Shown: piece after piece, positions 48,357 to 57,470 of the stretch
Layout of the letters: every line of letters starts with the position of its first letter
Numbering within the stretch: position 1 is the first letter of the stretch
NCBI GenBank assembly: GCA_963729625.1
Contig: CAVSOU010000014.1
Location: 32,001 to 96,000, forward strand
Reading direction: 5' to 3'
From: an uncultured bacterium
Lineage (GTDB): Bacteria; Chloroflexota; UBA5177; JANWHV01
Length of the DNA: 64,000 nt
The notes under the pieces: generated by a model
The model's input: the letters and a program-made list of their open reading frames with translations, nothing else
What the model was told of the DNA's origin: nothing
Database searches by the model: none
Made by a program: the position numbers and the translations under genes

Positions 48357-50888
48357 TTACGTGCTCGGTGTCTCGTAGCTCGATTCCGACAGGCGCACGC
48401 TTCCTTGTTCGTCGCGGAACGAAGCGCCCAGCCGGTGCATCAGCGTCCTGCGGATCCGATTCATCGTCTTGTCGACTTCGTCGTCAGTCAGGGTGCGGTC
48501 ACCAGTCTGAAAATCAAGTGCAAAGGCGAGACTCTTCTTGGCTGCCGGCAGTTGATCGCCCCGGTAGACGTCGAAAAGCGTGATTGCAGCCAAGAGTCCT
48601 TTGGCTGACCGCCTGACTTCATCAAGCACGGTTTCCGCCTGGCACGAGGTGTCGACCACGACGGCGATGTCGCGCTTTGCCACCGGCTGGCGCGGATAGT
48701 CCGCAAAGGTTCGCTCGTGAGAGGCGCGGGCGGCAAGCGCATCGAAATCGAGCTCGGCGATATACGCGCGTCTGGGTGGGAGGTCCCATCGGCCGGCAAT
48801 CGTCGGATGCAGCTCGCCGAGGAATCCGAGCGAGACGCCGCCGAGCTCCAGCGATGCCGCACGGCCAGGGTGCAGCAACGGATGGGCGCGGGCGACCATC
48901 GACCAACCGCCCACTCCTAGCCGCTGAAGCAGCGTCTCGACCACTCCCTTAATATCGAAGAAGTCGAAGCTTTCACGACCAGTTGCCCAGGATACGCCCT
49001 CCCTCATGCCGGCCATGGCGACCGCAAGGACCCGCCGCTCAATGGGCAACCCCTCGCGTTTGGCAACTGAACAGACGTCCAGCTCGAAGAATGCCGCGCG
49101 CTCCTCACCCAAGCGCAGATTGTCGCGAAGCGCCTCGAGCAGTCCAGCCAGCAGCGTTGGGCGCAAGAACTCCCGGTCCGGGCTCAACGGATTCACGACA
49201 CGCACTGCGGAAAAAGTGCTTTCGCCGGAGGCAAGGGCTGTGGGGTTGGGCAATATGTGCGCGAGCCAGGGTTCAGACGCACTTTCTGGCCGAAGCAGGG
49301 ACAGCGAGCGGATGCTTGTGAGACCACTGCTGCTGGCTTCGTCCAGGCCGCAACCAAGCAGGATTGTCCTCGCGGGCCAATAGTGCTGGAGTCCAACGGA
49401 TTCGGGCCGGGGAGGAACCGAACCTTCGAGCAGCGTCTCGGGGATCGCGTCAAAGCCGGTGACGCGCGCCACCTCCTCCACGAGATCGGCGGCTCCGTCC
49501 AGGTCCTCGCGCCACCACGGAACGGTCACTCGGAGAGCGCTGTCACTCACAGTCTTCGTGACGAACCCTAGCGACGTCAGATTGGAAACGATAGTGTCGG
49601 TCGGCCAGTCGACGCCAAGCAGTCGTTTGACTTCTGAGGTCGAGAAATCAATGATCTGGGGTGCCGGATCGTCGCCTCCAACCCACATCACGTCCGATTC
49701 GACACGGCCACCTCCCAGCTCGGCTATCAGCGTTGCAGCGCGCCGCGCGGCCCTTGCCGCCAACTGAACCGGCAGGCCCTTCTCGAAGCGAGTCGACGCC
49801 TCAGTACGAAGGCCGAGCGCGACGCTGGTTCGCCGGATGCTGCGAGCGTTGAAGGTGGCGGCCTCCAGCAGGATGTTCGTGGTCGTCCCGCCAACTTCGG
49901 TGTTCTGGCCGCCCATGATCCCGGCGATGCCGATAGCGTGGCTGGCGTCGACGATCAGCAGCATGTCCTGCGTGAGCTCGCGTTCGACGCCGTCCAACGT
50001 GACGATCTGCTCGCCTTCTCGTGCCCTTCTCACGCGCAGGCTGGGGCCCGCCAGCGTGTCCAGGTCGTACGCGTGCAACGGTTGACCGAGCTCCAACATG
50101 ACATAATTCGTGACATCCACAACATTGTTGATTGCTCGCACTCCGGCGGCCTGGAGCCGGTCGGCAAGCCACTGCGGCGATGGGCCAATTGTAATCCCCC
50201 CGATCACACATGCGGATACACGCCTGCATAGATCAGGGTCTTCGATTGCCAGGGTAACGTCGGTCCGTGTCGTCGCAGGAAAGTCTTCCGGTTGGGGCAG
50301 AGCCCGGAGGGTGCCTCCGGTCACAGCCGATACCTCACGCGCCATGCCATATATCGACAGGCAATCAGGCCTGTTCGGAGTGATATCGAGCTCGAGCACC
50401 CATTCGCCGATCAGATGCGACAAAGGCTGCCCGGGAACGGCCTGCCGGCCCGATCCAAGCTGGATCGCCGAGGCATCAAGGATCAGGATTCCCTCATGAT
50501 TATCATTGAGGCCAAGCTCTTTGCCCGAACAGACCATTCCCTCGGAACGAATGCCCCTCAGCACCTTTCCCTCGAGCGGCCTGTCCTGACCGGGCAGCGT
50601 CTTGCCTACGCCGATATATGGCACGAGAGCGCCCTCGAAGAGATTTGGGGCGCCAGTGACCACAGTTTGGGTCCGGCCGCCGAGGTCGAGCGTAGCCAGC
50701 AGGAGGTTGTCGGCGTTCGGGTGTCTGTCGAGCCGTTGCACCCTGGCGACGAGAATCTCATCGAAGCGGCTACCGGTGTTCTCGACGCGTTCCACGAGCG
50801 ATCCGCTTGACGTCAGACGCTCGGCCAGTTGCTTTGGCGAGAGCTGGACGTCCACGTACGATTGAAGCCATCCCAGCGGTAGTCTCAT
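48357..50888 (-). CDS. pheT: Phenylalanyl-tRNA synthetase beta subunit
   Basis: HPNAD.L, TPNRPDCLS..G.ARE, INNVVDVTNYVMLELGQPLHAYD, DLVEEVAR, RDIA.VV, FDVY.G, TLTD.EV. Confidence 0.97.
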   Translation of the reverse strand: MRLPLGWLQSYVDVQLSPKQLAERLTSSGSLVERVENTGSRFDEILVARVQRLDRHPNADNLLLATLDLGGRTQTVVTGAPNLFEGALVPYIGVGKTLPGQDRPLEGKVLRGIRSEGMVCSGKELGLNDNHEGILILDASAIQLGSGRQAVPGQPLSHLIGEWVLELDITPNRPDCLSIYGMAREVSAVTGGTLRALPQPEDFPATTRTDVTLAIEDPDLCRRVSACVIGGITIGPSPQWLADRLQAAGVRAINNVVDVTNYVMLELGQPLHAYDLDTLAGPSLRVRRAREGEQIVTLDGVERELTQDMLLIVDASHAIGIAGIMGGQNTEVGGTTTNILLEAATFNARSIRRTSVALGLRTEASTRFEKGLPVQLAARAARRAATLIAELGGGRVESDVMWVGGDDPAPQIIDFSTSEVKRLLGVDWPTDTIVSNLTSLGFVTKTVSDSALRVTVPWWREDLDGAADLVEEVARVTGFDAIPETLLEGSVPPRPESVGLQHYWPARTILLGCGLDEASSSGLTSIRSLSLLRPESASEPWLAHILPNPTALASGESTFSAVRVVNPLSPDREFLRPTLLAGLLEALRDNLRLGEERAAFFELDVCSVAKREGLPIERRVLAVAMAGMREGVSWATGRESFDFFDIKGVVETLLQRLGVGGWSMVARAHPLLHPGRAASLELGGVSLGFLGELHPTIAGRWDLPPRRAYIAELDFDALAARASHERTFADYPRQPVAKRDIAVVVDTSCQAETVLDEVRRSAKGLLAAITLFDVYRGDQLPAAKKSLAFALDFQTGDRTLTDDEVDKTMNRIRRTLMHRLGASFRDEQGSVRLSESSYETPST

Positions 50889-50923
50889 GCATTACTGCAG
50901 CTTTCGCCGCCATTCCCTTCGAA

Positions 50924-51964
50924 CTACGCAAACTGCCGCAGGAAGCGCAGGTCATTTGCATTCAATAGCCGGATGTCGTTGATGCCGTAGCGCATCATCG
51001 TGATGCGCTCAGGGCCCATGCCGAACGCAAAGCCACTGAACTTGGCGGGATCGTAGTCCATGTTCCTCAGAACCTGAGGATGCACCATTCCTGCGCCGCT
51101 GATCTCCAACCAACCTTCATACTTGCACGTGCGGCAGCCTTCTCCACCACAGACGAGACACGAAAAATCGAATTCGGCGCTGGGTTCGGTGAACTGGAAA
51201 TGATGCGGGCGGAACCGCACTTTGCAGCCCAGTATTTGCTTGGCAAAGCTGGCGAGAACGCCTTTCAAGTCACTGAAGGTCACATGCTTATCCACTGCCA
51301 GACCTTCGCACTGCCAGAAGTAGCTCAAATGCGAGGCATCTTCCTGATCGCGGCGGAAACACCGCCCGGGAGCGATGATCCGCACAGGAGGACGTTGGCT
51401 CAGCATCACGCGCGCTTGCACGGGCGACGTATGCGTGCGCAGCACGATGCCTCCGGGCACATCCACGTAGAAGGTGTCCATCGTATCGCGTGATGGACTG
51501 TCCTGCGGGATGTTAAGCAGCTCGAAGTTGTACTTGTCCCACTCGACCTCCGGCCCTTCGGCCACCGTGAAACCCATAGAGCCAAAGATCCGTACCAGGT
51601 CACGCAGCGTTTCACGCACAGGATGAGGCAGACCGAGCCGCGGGTTTCTGGCTGGAAGGCTGACGTCGACGGCTTCTCGATCGAGACTGTTCAGCAAGGC
51701 GGCCTGCTGGAGACTCGCACGCGCCGCTTCGTGCGCCGCCTCGAGCACCTTCTTCGCCTCGTTCATGGCCTGGCCTGCTACCGGCCGTTCTTCTCGCGGA
51801 AGTGCGCCTAACCCCTTGAAATGAGCGGTCAGCGCTCCGTTCGTGCCGAGGTACTTGATGCGCCACTGTTCCAGGGCAGCCAGGCCATCGAGACCGATGA
51901 GCGCGGATTCTGCTTCGCTGCGAAGCGCCTGTAGCCGCGCCACAAACTCGTGTGCCTCATTCAC
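50924..51964 (-). CDS. pheS: Phenylalanyl-tRNA synthetase alpha subunit
   Basis: LRTHTSPVQ, PGR.FR.D, RFRP..F.FTEPS, CxxC-GxGCxxC insert, GFAFGMG.ER. Confidence 0.97.
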   Translation of the reverse strand: MNEAHEFVARLQALRSEAESALIGLDGLAALEQWRIKYLGTNGALTAHFKGLGALPREERPVAGQAMNEAKKVLEAAHEAARASLQQAALLNSLDREAVDVSLPARNPRLGLPHPVRETLRDLVRIFGSMGFTVAEGPEVEWDKYNFELLNIPQDSPSRDTMDTFYVDVPGGIVLRTHTSPVQARVMLSQRPPVRIIAPGRCFRRDQEDASHLSYFWQCEGLAVDKHVTFSDLKGVLASFAKQILGCKVRFRPHHFQFTEPSAEFDFSCLVCGGEGCRTCKYEGWLEISGAGMVHPQVLRNMDYDPAKFSGFAFGMGPERITMMRYGINDIRLLNANDLRFLRQFA

Positions 51965-52069
51965 GTTGAAAGTACTCCATCATCTTCTCATTGCCATCCC
52001 TGGCGTTCTTCAGCAGTCAACCGTTGCCCGCATCGGCTTCGCCGTGCAACGGGAACAGGCTGGCTCATC

Positions 52070-52879
52070 TCATCGCATCGGCTTGATGCGGACATCCGGC
52101 CGCTCGGACCGCGCCAATCCAAGGTGTTCGGCAAGATCGCCCTTGTTCAAAGCGATGCAAAGGCGATCAAACGAGTCGACGAAGAGCAACGCGGCACCTA
52201 CCGGAGCGTCGTCAAACGTGCGCGTGATCTGAACCTCGATCACCTTGTTGCCGACGTCGACGGATGCTTGCATGGCGGCGCCAAGCACCGCAAGAAGATC
52301 GGCGGGAGCGGCCAGAGCCAGGCTGCCAAATTCATTGACTGCTACCACCTTCGTGCGTATCTCATCACCGGCGATCGTGCTGACAGGCTCAAGTAGTCTC
52401 ACCAGCGTCGAGTGGTCGATGGTAGGTCCCAACAGGTGCATTGTCACGCCGTGCGAGACATGGGCAGCCGCAGGGCAAAAGATATCGCGCGCGTGGAATG
52501 TATTCGACACAGGCTGGTGGCGGAAGTCCGGGACCGTCAGCTCGACCGCCGATTCTATGCCACCGAGCGCCTCAGCGGCCGCGATCAGCAGGCCGTTGTC
52601 GGGTCCAATCAGGATGTCGCCGCGCCGCGCCGCAATGGCGATCGGCCTGCGCATTGTGCCAACGCCGGGATCGACAACTGCCACGTGCACGCATTGCGGA
52701 AAATGGCGAACCACCGATCGAAGCATCCAGGAGCCGGACTCGACGTCAAAATGCGGGATGCTGTGCGAGATGTCGACGACTATCGCTCGCGGGCTAATCG
52801 AGGCGATAACGCCCTTGCACTGGCCCACCGACGAATCGCTCAAGCCGAAGTCCGTGAGAAACGAGATAATGGCGTCCAC
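52070..52879 (-). CDS. DUF62 SAM hydroxide adenosyltransferase (chlorinase/fluorinase superfamily)
   Basis: LTDFG, DISH, VVDPGVG..R, GPDNG, S.TFHARD.F, FG.L; the Asp/Arg/His triad of the hydrolase branch is present. Confidence 0.88.
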   Translation of the reverse strand: MDAIISFLTDFGLSDSSVGQCKGVIASISPRAIVVDISHSIPHFDVESGSWMLRSVVRHFPQCVHVAVVDPGVGTMRRPIAIAARRGDILIGPDNGLLIAAAEALGGIESAVELTVPDFRHQPVSNTFHARDIFCPAAAHVSHGVTMHLLGPTIDHSTLVRLLEPVSTIAGDEIRTKVVAVNEFGSLALAAPADLLAVLGAAMQASVDVGNKVIEVQITRTFDDAPVGAALLFVDSFDRLCIALNKGDLAEHLGLARSERPDVRIKPMR

Positions 52880-52909
52880 GACCTTCACCGCCCTGAATAA
52901 CGCGCTGAA

Positions 52910-53160
52910 CAACATGACAGCCGGACAATCGCTGGGGCGAAGCCGGCTGCGTCGCGGTACCACCCAGATTCACGGCGAGCCAAACAGGTTCGCCGCCTCT
53001 GCCCCGGGTAACGGTCGGTGCCGCGGCAGCCTTGCGCGCGACGCGCTGAACTGCCGGCTCAGGAGTGAATAACGCGGTTCGTCGCCGGTTCAAGCGCTTG
53101 CAGCCGCGGCGCTTAATCTCTGGAAATGGCGTGAACTTCCGCGCGCGTCTCCGTCACTGC
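52910..53160 (-). promoter_or_regulatory. T-box riboswitch, Phe (UUC) specifier
   Basis: Minus strand: GCAGTGACGGAG kink-turn start, AGAGA bulge, GGCTGCAA distal loop, specifier TTC (53069-53067) before A-CTCC-TGA, CCGTTA box, T-box AATCTGGGTGGTACCGCG (52970-52953) pairing with CGCCCC. Extended -10 TGATACATT at 53177-53169. Confidence 0.9.
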
Positions 53161-53186
53161 GTGTTGACAATGTATCACAGAGCGAT

Positions 53187-53215
53187 TTGCCTGCCGAGGA
53201 TGCCTGCTCTACACT
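53187..53215 (+). promoter_or_regulatory. sigma70 promoter for tRNA-Ile2
   Basis: TTGCCT-17-TACACT, about 20 nt upstream of the tRNA. Confidence 0.6.
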
Positions 53216-53234
53216 CGAAGCATGCGCGGCGCGA

Positions 53235-53307
53235 GGGCCCTTAGCTCAGCGGTTAGAGCTCCCGACTCATAATCGGTTGGTCCCCGGTTCGAATCCGGGA
53301 GGGCCCA
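53235..53307 (+). tRNA. tRNA with CAT anticodon, most likely tRNA-Ile2 (lysidine); CCA not encoded
   Basis: GGGCCCT/AGGGCCC acceptor stem, CCGA-CTCATAA-TCGG, GGTTCGAATCC. Resembles E. coli ileX and lacks initiator features. Confidence 0.9.
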
Positions 53308-53319
53308 CTCTTCTCTTGA
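53266..53319 (+). repeat. attL: 54-bp direct repeat, copy 1 (tRNA anticodon loop to 12 nt past the tRNA end)
   Basis: CTCATAATCGGTTGGTCCCCGGTTCGAATCCGGGAGGGCCCACTCTTCTCTTGA, identical to 63102-63155. Confidence 0.97.
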
Positions 53320-53371
53320 ATGAGAGAAACCAACAAAGCCAACGGGCCGATTGGCTGCAAGCACATCGTTC

Positions 53372-53571
53372 CTCATCGCCGAGAATCCGATGGCCAAGAT
53401 GCGTCGCCCATGGTCGGACAGAAGCTTGTCCCCGTCGCATCCGACGACGACCTGGATAAGCTGCTGAACACCGTGCGCGGACACGACTTTCTCTCGATTC
53501 GGGATCGGGCCATCATCGCGCTTCTTGCCGACACAGGCATGCGACTTACCGCGTGCACGGACATCGAGGTA
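53372..53571 (+). pseudogene. Tyrosine recombinase/integrase remnant
   Basis: LIAENPMAKMRRP (frameshift near 53405) MVGQKLVPVASDDDLDKLL...DFLSIRDRAIIALLADTGMR (box I); no box II or catalytic Tyr follows. Confidence 0.8.
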
Positions 53572-53845
53572 GCGAGTCCCCGCGGTTCCCAGAACGGGCT
53601 GCCCATCTCCCGCCTGGTTCCCATGCAGGAGGCTGGGACTCTCCCATCGCCCGTCGATCCGCTAGCCCTGACCCTGGCACGCCCGACGGCGCTGCGACGC
53701 CTGTTCCAGTCGCTGCGGCACGCCCGCGGTGTACGCAGCCGGTGCCGGTCGGAAGAGATTCAGCCGGCATTGATCGACGCGGTCGCTCCTGCGGGGCGCA
53801 ACTTTGCAGCATATGTCCCCTTTCTAGCCGAGGCCAGAGAGTGCA

Positions 53846-56800
53846 TCATCCAGTCTTCGTCCACTGGCCGGGCAGCAGTGCCCCACGGTCCAGACATGGA
53901 TCGAAGCCGGCTCGGCTGATGATCAGCAGATTCTTCTGGCGCAACCAGCGATAGACGCCTGGAGGGGGATCCTGGTGTGGATTGTCCGAGCAGAAGCCGT
54001 TCTGATTTGCCGGCAAGTAGCCGGTCATGGTAAGGCGGCCGGCCGGCGTGGCCGTGAAGTACTCTTCGACCATGAAGTCGGGGCTCGCCACGTCGACCGC
54101 AGCGCCGGTGTGCACGCTCACGGGAGAGAAGCCGACCCAGCCAGGTCCGATCGTGATTGTGGGCTCGGTGCCTACCCAGTCGGAGGTATTCGGGTCGTGG
54201 GCGGCAATCCCGTCCGCGTTCTGAAAGGTGCGGCGATACGTGCCTACGAGCGAAGCAGGCACAGTCGTCACGATCGCGGGCCGGGACACCGGCTGCTCGC
54301 CGAACAGGAGCGCGGCCACGTGCAGGCCAACGTCCTCGGCACTATTTTGCAGCTCGTTGCCAAATATGACGATCGTCACTCCCGCGTCGGGAAAGCGCAT
54401 GTTGAGGGTGGAAAAGCTATTCCATGCGCTGTCGGTGTAGATCACGCGGCGGCCGAGCGCGGTGCCTATCTGCCACAGGTAGCCTATCCCGCGCGGGGCA
54501 ATCCCAGGGTCCGTCTGGCCGATGCTCGCACGTGGGGCAAAGAGCGTGGCCAAATACGGGCGCGAGAGCAACTTTCCGGCGAACAGCGCGTTGTCATAGG
54601 CGTAGACGTCATGCACAGTGGTATATGCCTGAAAGGAGTCGTTATACACGGTGTTGTGATCCAGATCGGCGCCGTGGTAGGCGCGCGCAACGACGCTCGA
54701 TGCCATGGCATCGGTGAGCCGCCAGGTGTTCTTCATACCGAGGGCGCTCAGGTTGCTGTTGAGGACGAAGTTCTCCCAGGACCCGTGGGAGGTCTGCTCG
54801 ATAATCGTGCCGAGGACAAGCGCGCCGCACGTTGAGTAGTTGATAGTCGAACCGATCCGCCCAAAGAGACCGCGCAACGGCATGTCCTGACACCGTCCGA
54901 TCGACCACTGGGTGGTCTGGCCGGCACTGCCCCAGCTGTAATCGGGCAGACCGGCGGTGCCGTCGAGCACCATGCGCACGGTGATCTGCCTCCAGCTTGG
55001 TGGGCAGCTCGAGAGGTACGTGCAGATCGGCGTTTGCCAGGCCAGCCTGCCGCGTTGGATCAGTTGCAGGGCGCCCAGGACGGAGAGGCTGTCACTGACG
55101 CCGACGGCCGGATAGGTAGTGGCGGGCGTGTTGGGGGAACGGTGCAGGCGATCGGCCAGGCCATAGCCCTTCTCCAGCACGACCGCGCCCTGTCGCGCCA
55201 CCAGCACGGTGCCACTGAGCTGTTGATGTGCCGCGAGGTCACCCAGATAAGCGTCGACGGTGGCGGCAAGGCTCGGCGGCCGTGTCGCCATCGACGCGCG
55301 CGCCCACACGCCTATTGCCACGACGACCAGCATCGCTAGCAGCCCGGCCGCGGCCGCCAATCGGTGGCGCCGTACCAAGGGCCGTGCTACCACCCGTGCC
55401 TCCGCGTGCAGCGCGGCTACGGCGGCTTCCAGCTCCTTGGCCGACTGGAAGCGCCGTCCCGGATCCTTTGCCAGGGTCTTCTGGATCAGGGCGTCCCAGC
55501 CAGCCGGGATGGCGGGATTGAGGCTGCTGGGCCGAGGCGGGTCGTCCTGCACGTGCTTAATCGCCACGGTCAGTGCGTCCTCCCCCTCGAAGGGCGGCCG
55601 GCCGGTCACCATGTGGAAGAGCAGGGCGCCGAAGGCGTAGATATCGGTGCGGCCGTCGATCCTCTTCCCCGCGATCTGCTCCGGGGCCATGTAGAGGGGA
55701 GTGCCTATACGCATGCCGGTGGTAGCAATCGTCTGCGGCGAGGCGTCGGGCTGGAGGAGGCGCGCGATGCCGAAGTCGGTTACTTTGACCTGGTCGTCGC
55801 CCACCACCATGACGTTGTCCGGCTTGATGTCGCGGTGCACGATCCCCTGCGCATGGGCGTACGTAAGTGCCGCAGCCACCTGCAGAGCCAGCCGCTTGGC
55901 GCGAGGCAAAGGCAGCGGCACAGTGCGGAGAATCTGGCCAAGCGTAGGGCCGTCGAGTAATTCCATGATGATACAGCAAGCATGTTGCTCGGCGAACGTA
56001 TCGTGGATCCGCACGATGTTGGGGTGGGACAACGTGGAGAGCATTGCGCCTTCCTGCTGGAAGCGCAGCAGGACGTCGAGGTCGATCTCTGTTCGGGCCA
56101 GCACCACCTTGGCGGCTACCATGGCGCCGGTCGCGCGGTCGCGGGCGCGGAAGACCCGCCCCATGGCCCCGGCGCCGATCTCCCCCTGCAGCTCCAGCCG
56201 TCCACCAAGTGACCTGGTCAGTTGGTCGATAAGCCGAGGATTGCCCTTGGTACGCCGGTAGACAAAGCCCGCGAACTCCTCCGAGACCTCATGCTGGCCC
56301 ATTTCGGCCGCCACCATGCTCGTGGTCTCCTCCAGCGACAGGCGACGCAGGCCCAAGCGCTCCATCACGCCTTCGCGTGCCAGGGCCTGCACCAGCTGGG
56401 AAAGCTCGGGGTGCTCCTCGCCGAGCCGCGCATCACGGAAGCTTCCGGCCAGCAGGATACGCGAACCGCGGATTGCCCGGGCCAAGTGCCCGAGCAGCCG
56501 GAGGCTCTGGCCGTCGGCCCAGTGCAGGTCGTCCAGTAGCAGCGCCAGCGGGACAGACTGGGCGACGAGCTTCAGCAGATCGGCCACAGCGCCGGCGATC
56601 TGCTGCTGTTCCACTGTGCTTGACGCCAGCGCAGTGCTACCGGCCTGCGCCTCGCGGATCAACACTTGGATCCTCGCCCAGCGCCGTTTTACCTCCGCTT
56701 GCGAGCCGGCCGGCACGGCTGCGACTAGGTCGGTGAGCGCTTCCACAAAGAGATAGTGGGGAGTGGTCTGCTCGGCGGGGTAGCAACGACCCGTCGCCAC

Positions 56801-57265
56801 TACGCAGCCGCGACTTCGAGCTTCGACCATCAGCTCCTGTACAAGCCGCGTCTTCCCTATTCCCTGCTCGCCATGGAGCAGGACCAACTGTCCTTCGCCC
56901 TCCATCGCTGCCTCCAGCAAAGCCCAGAGACGCCCCCGCTCTTCCTCCCGCGCCACCATCGGCCGGGCCGGCAGAGCGCCAAGAAAGCTGCCTTCGGGCG
57001 GGCCGTCATCGGTCGGTGCTATGGCAGTCGCGGCCAGTGCCGCGTGCTCGAACATCGCGCGATCCACCGCCGACAGTCCGAGGGCATCGGCCAGCCGGCG
57101 TACCGTGTAGGCTCGGGGACGGGTCTTGACGCTGCGTTCAAGGTCGCTGATAGCGCGCACGCTCAACCCGGCGTGGTCAGCCAACTCTTCCTGGGTCAAG
57201 CCTACGGCGACCCGGAAACGGCTGAGGAGGCTGGCGAAACCGGGCGGCTGTGCAGGGTCCATCAC
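53846..57265 (-). CDS. Multidomain membrane signalling protein: XRE-HTH + STAND/AAA ATPase + Ser/Thr kinase + TM + extracellular beta-lactamase-like domain + C-terminal domain
   Basis: LTQEELA..AGLSVRAISDLER; GEQGIGKT, LLLDDLHWAD, T.GNP; GAGAMG, VAAK, HRDIKPDN, DFG, YMAPEQ; hydrophobic helix ~55365-55300; LSGTVLVA..G......GYGLAD, ITVR..L..TAGLPDY, LGMKNT. Confidence 0.85.
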   Translation of the reverse strand: MMDPAQPPGFASLLSRFRVAVGLTQEELADHAGLSVRAISDLERSVKTRPRAYTVRRLADALGLSAVDRAMFEHAALAATAIAPTDDGPPEGSFLGALPARPMVAREEERGRLWALLEAAMEGEGQLVLLHGEQGIGKTRLVQELMVEARSRGCVVATGRCYPAEQTTPHYLFVEALTDLVAAVPAGSQAEVKRRWARIQVLIREAQAGSTALASSTVEQQQIAGAVADLLKLVAQSVPLALLLDDLHWADGQSLRLLGHLARAIRGSRILLAGSFRDARLGEEHPELSQLVQALAREGVMERLGLRRLSLEETTSMVAAEMGQHEVSEEFAGFVYRRTKGNPRLIDQLTRSLGGRLELQGEIGAGAMGRVFRARDRATGAMVAAKVVLARTEIDLDVLLRFQQEGAMLSTLSHPNIVRIHDTFAEQHACCIIMELLDGPTLGQILRTVPLPLPRAKRLALQVAAALTYAHAQGIVHRDIKPDNVMVVGDDQVKVTDFGIARLLQPDASPQTIATTGMRIGTPLYMAPEQIAGKRIDGRTDIYAFGALLFHMVTGRPPFEGEDALTVAIKHVQDDPPRPSSLNPAIPAGWDALIQKTLAKDPGRRFQSAKELEAAVAALHAEARVVARPLVRRHRLAAAAGLLAMLVVVAIGVWARASMATRPPSLAATVDAYLGDLAAHQQLSGTVLVARQGAVVLEKGYGLADRLHRSPNTPATTYPAVGVSDSLSVLGALQLIQRGRLAWQTPICTYLSSCPPSWRQITVRMVLDGTAGLPDYSWGSAGQTTQWSIGRCQDMPLRGLFGRIGSTINYSTCGALVLGTIIEQTSHGSWENFVLNSNLSALGMKNTWRLTDAMASSVVARAYHGADLDHNTVYNDSFQAYTTVHDVYAYDNALFAGKLLSRPYLATLFAPRASIGQTDPGIAPRGIGYLWQIGTALGRRVIYTDSAWNSFSTLNMRFPDAGVTIVIFGNELQNSAEDVGLHVAALLFGEQPVSRPAIVTTVPASLVGTYRRTFQNADGIAAHDPNTSDWVGTEPTITIGPGWVGFSPVSVHTGAAVDVASPDFMVEEYFTATPAGRLTMTGYLPANQNGFCSDNPHQDPPPGVYRWLRQKNLLIISRAGFDPCLDRGALLPGQWTKTG

Positions 57266-57470
57266 GTGACTTTCTGCAAAAGGCTGAGCAGGGCGCTCTT
57301 GGCGATCGCACTACCCAATCTGCCGGGCAGTACAAGTGACACGTCTATGTTACTTATGACACAATAGCGCTGTCGCCGCGAGGTGCTCGTGCCTCACTGG
57401 ACGGTTGCGACACCGAGGCGCGCTTGTGCGCGAACGACAGGTCGGATCGTTGCACGCCGGGAGATCAACA

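Noticed and set aside
52070-52879. Fluorinase/chlorinase (halogenase)
   Set aside because: It has the Asp-Arg-His triad of DUF62 hydrolases and no secondary-metabolite context.
53235-53307. tRNA-Met (initiator or elongator)
   Set aside because: No C1:A72 mismatch or triple G-C anticodon stem; the sequence resembles Ile2. Elongator Met is not fully excluded without tRNAscan-SE.
53320-53919. Intact 199-aa integrase ORF from the track
   Set aside because: Similarity ends shortly after box I; the rest lacks HxxR and the catalytic Tyr and overlaps the convergent gene.
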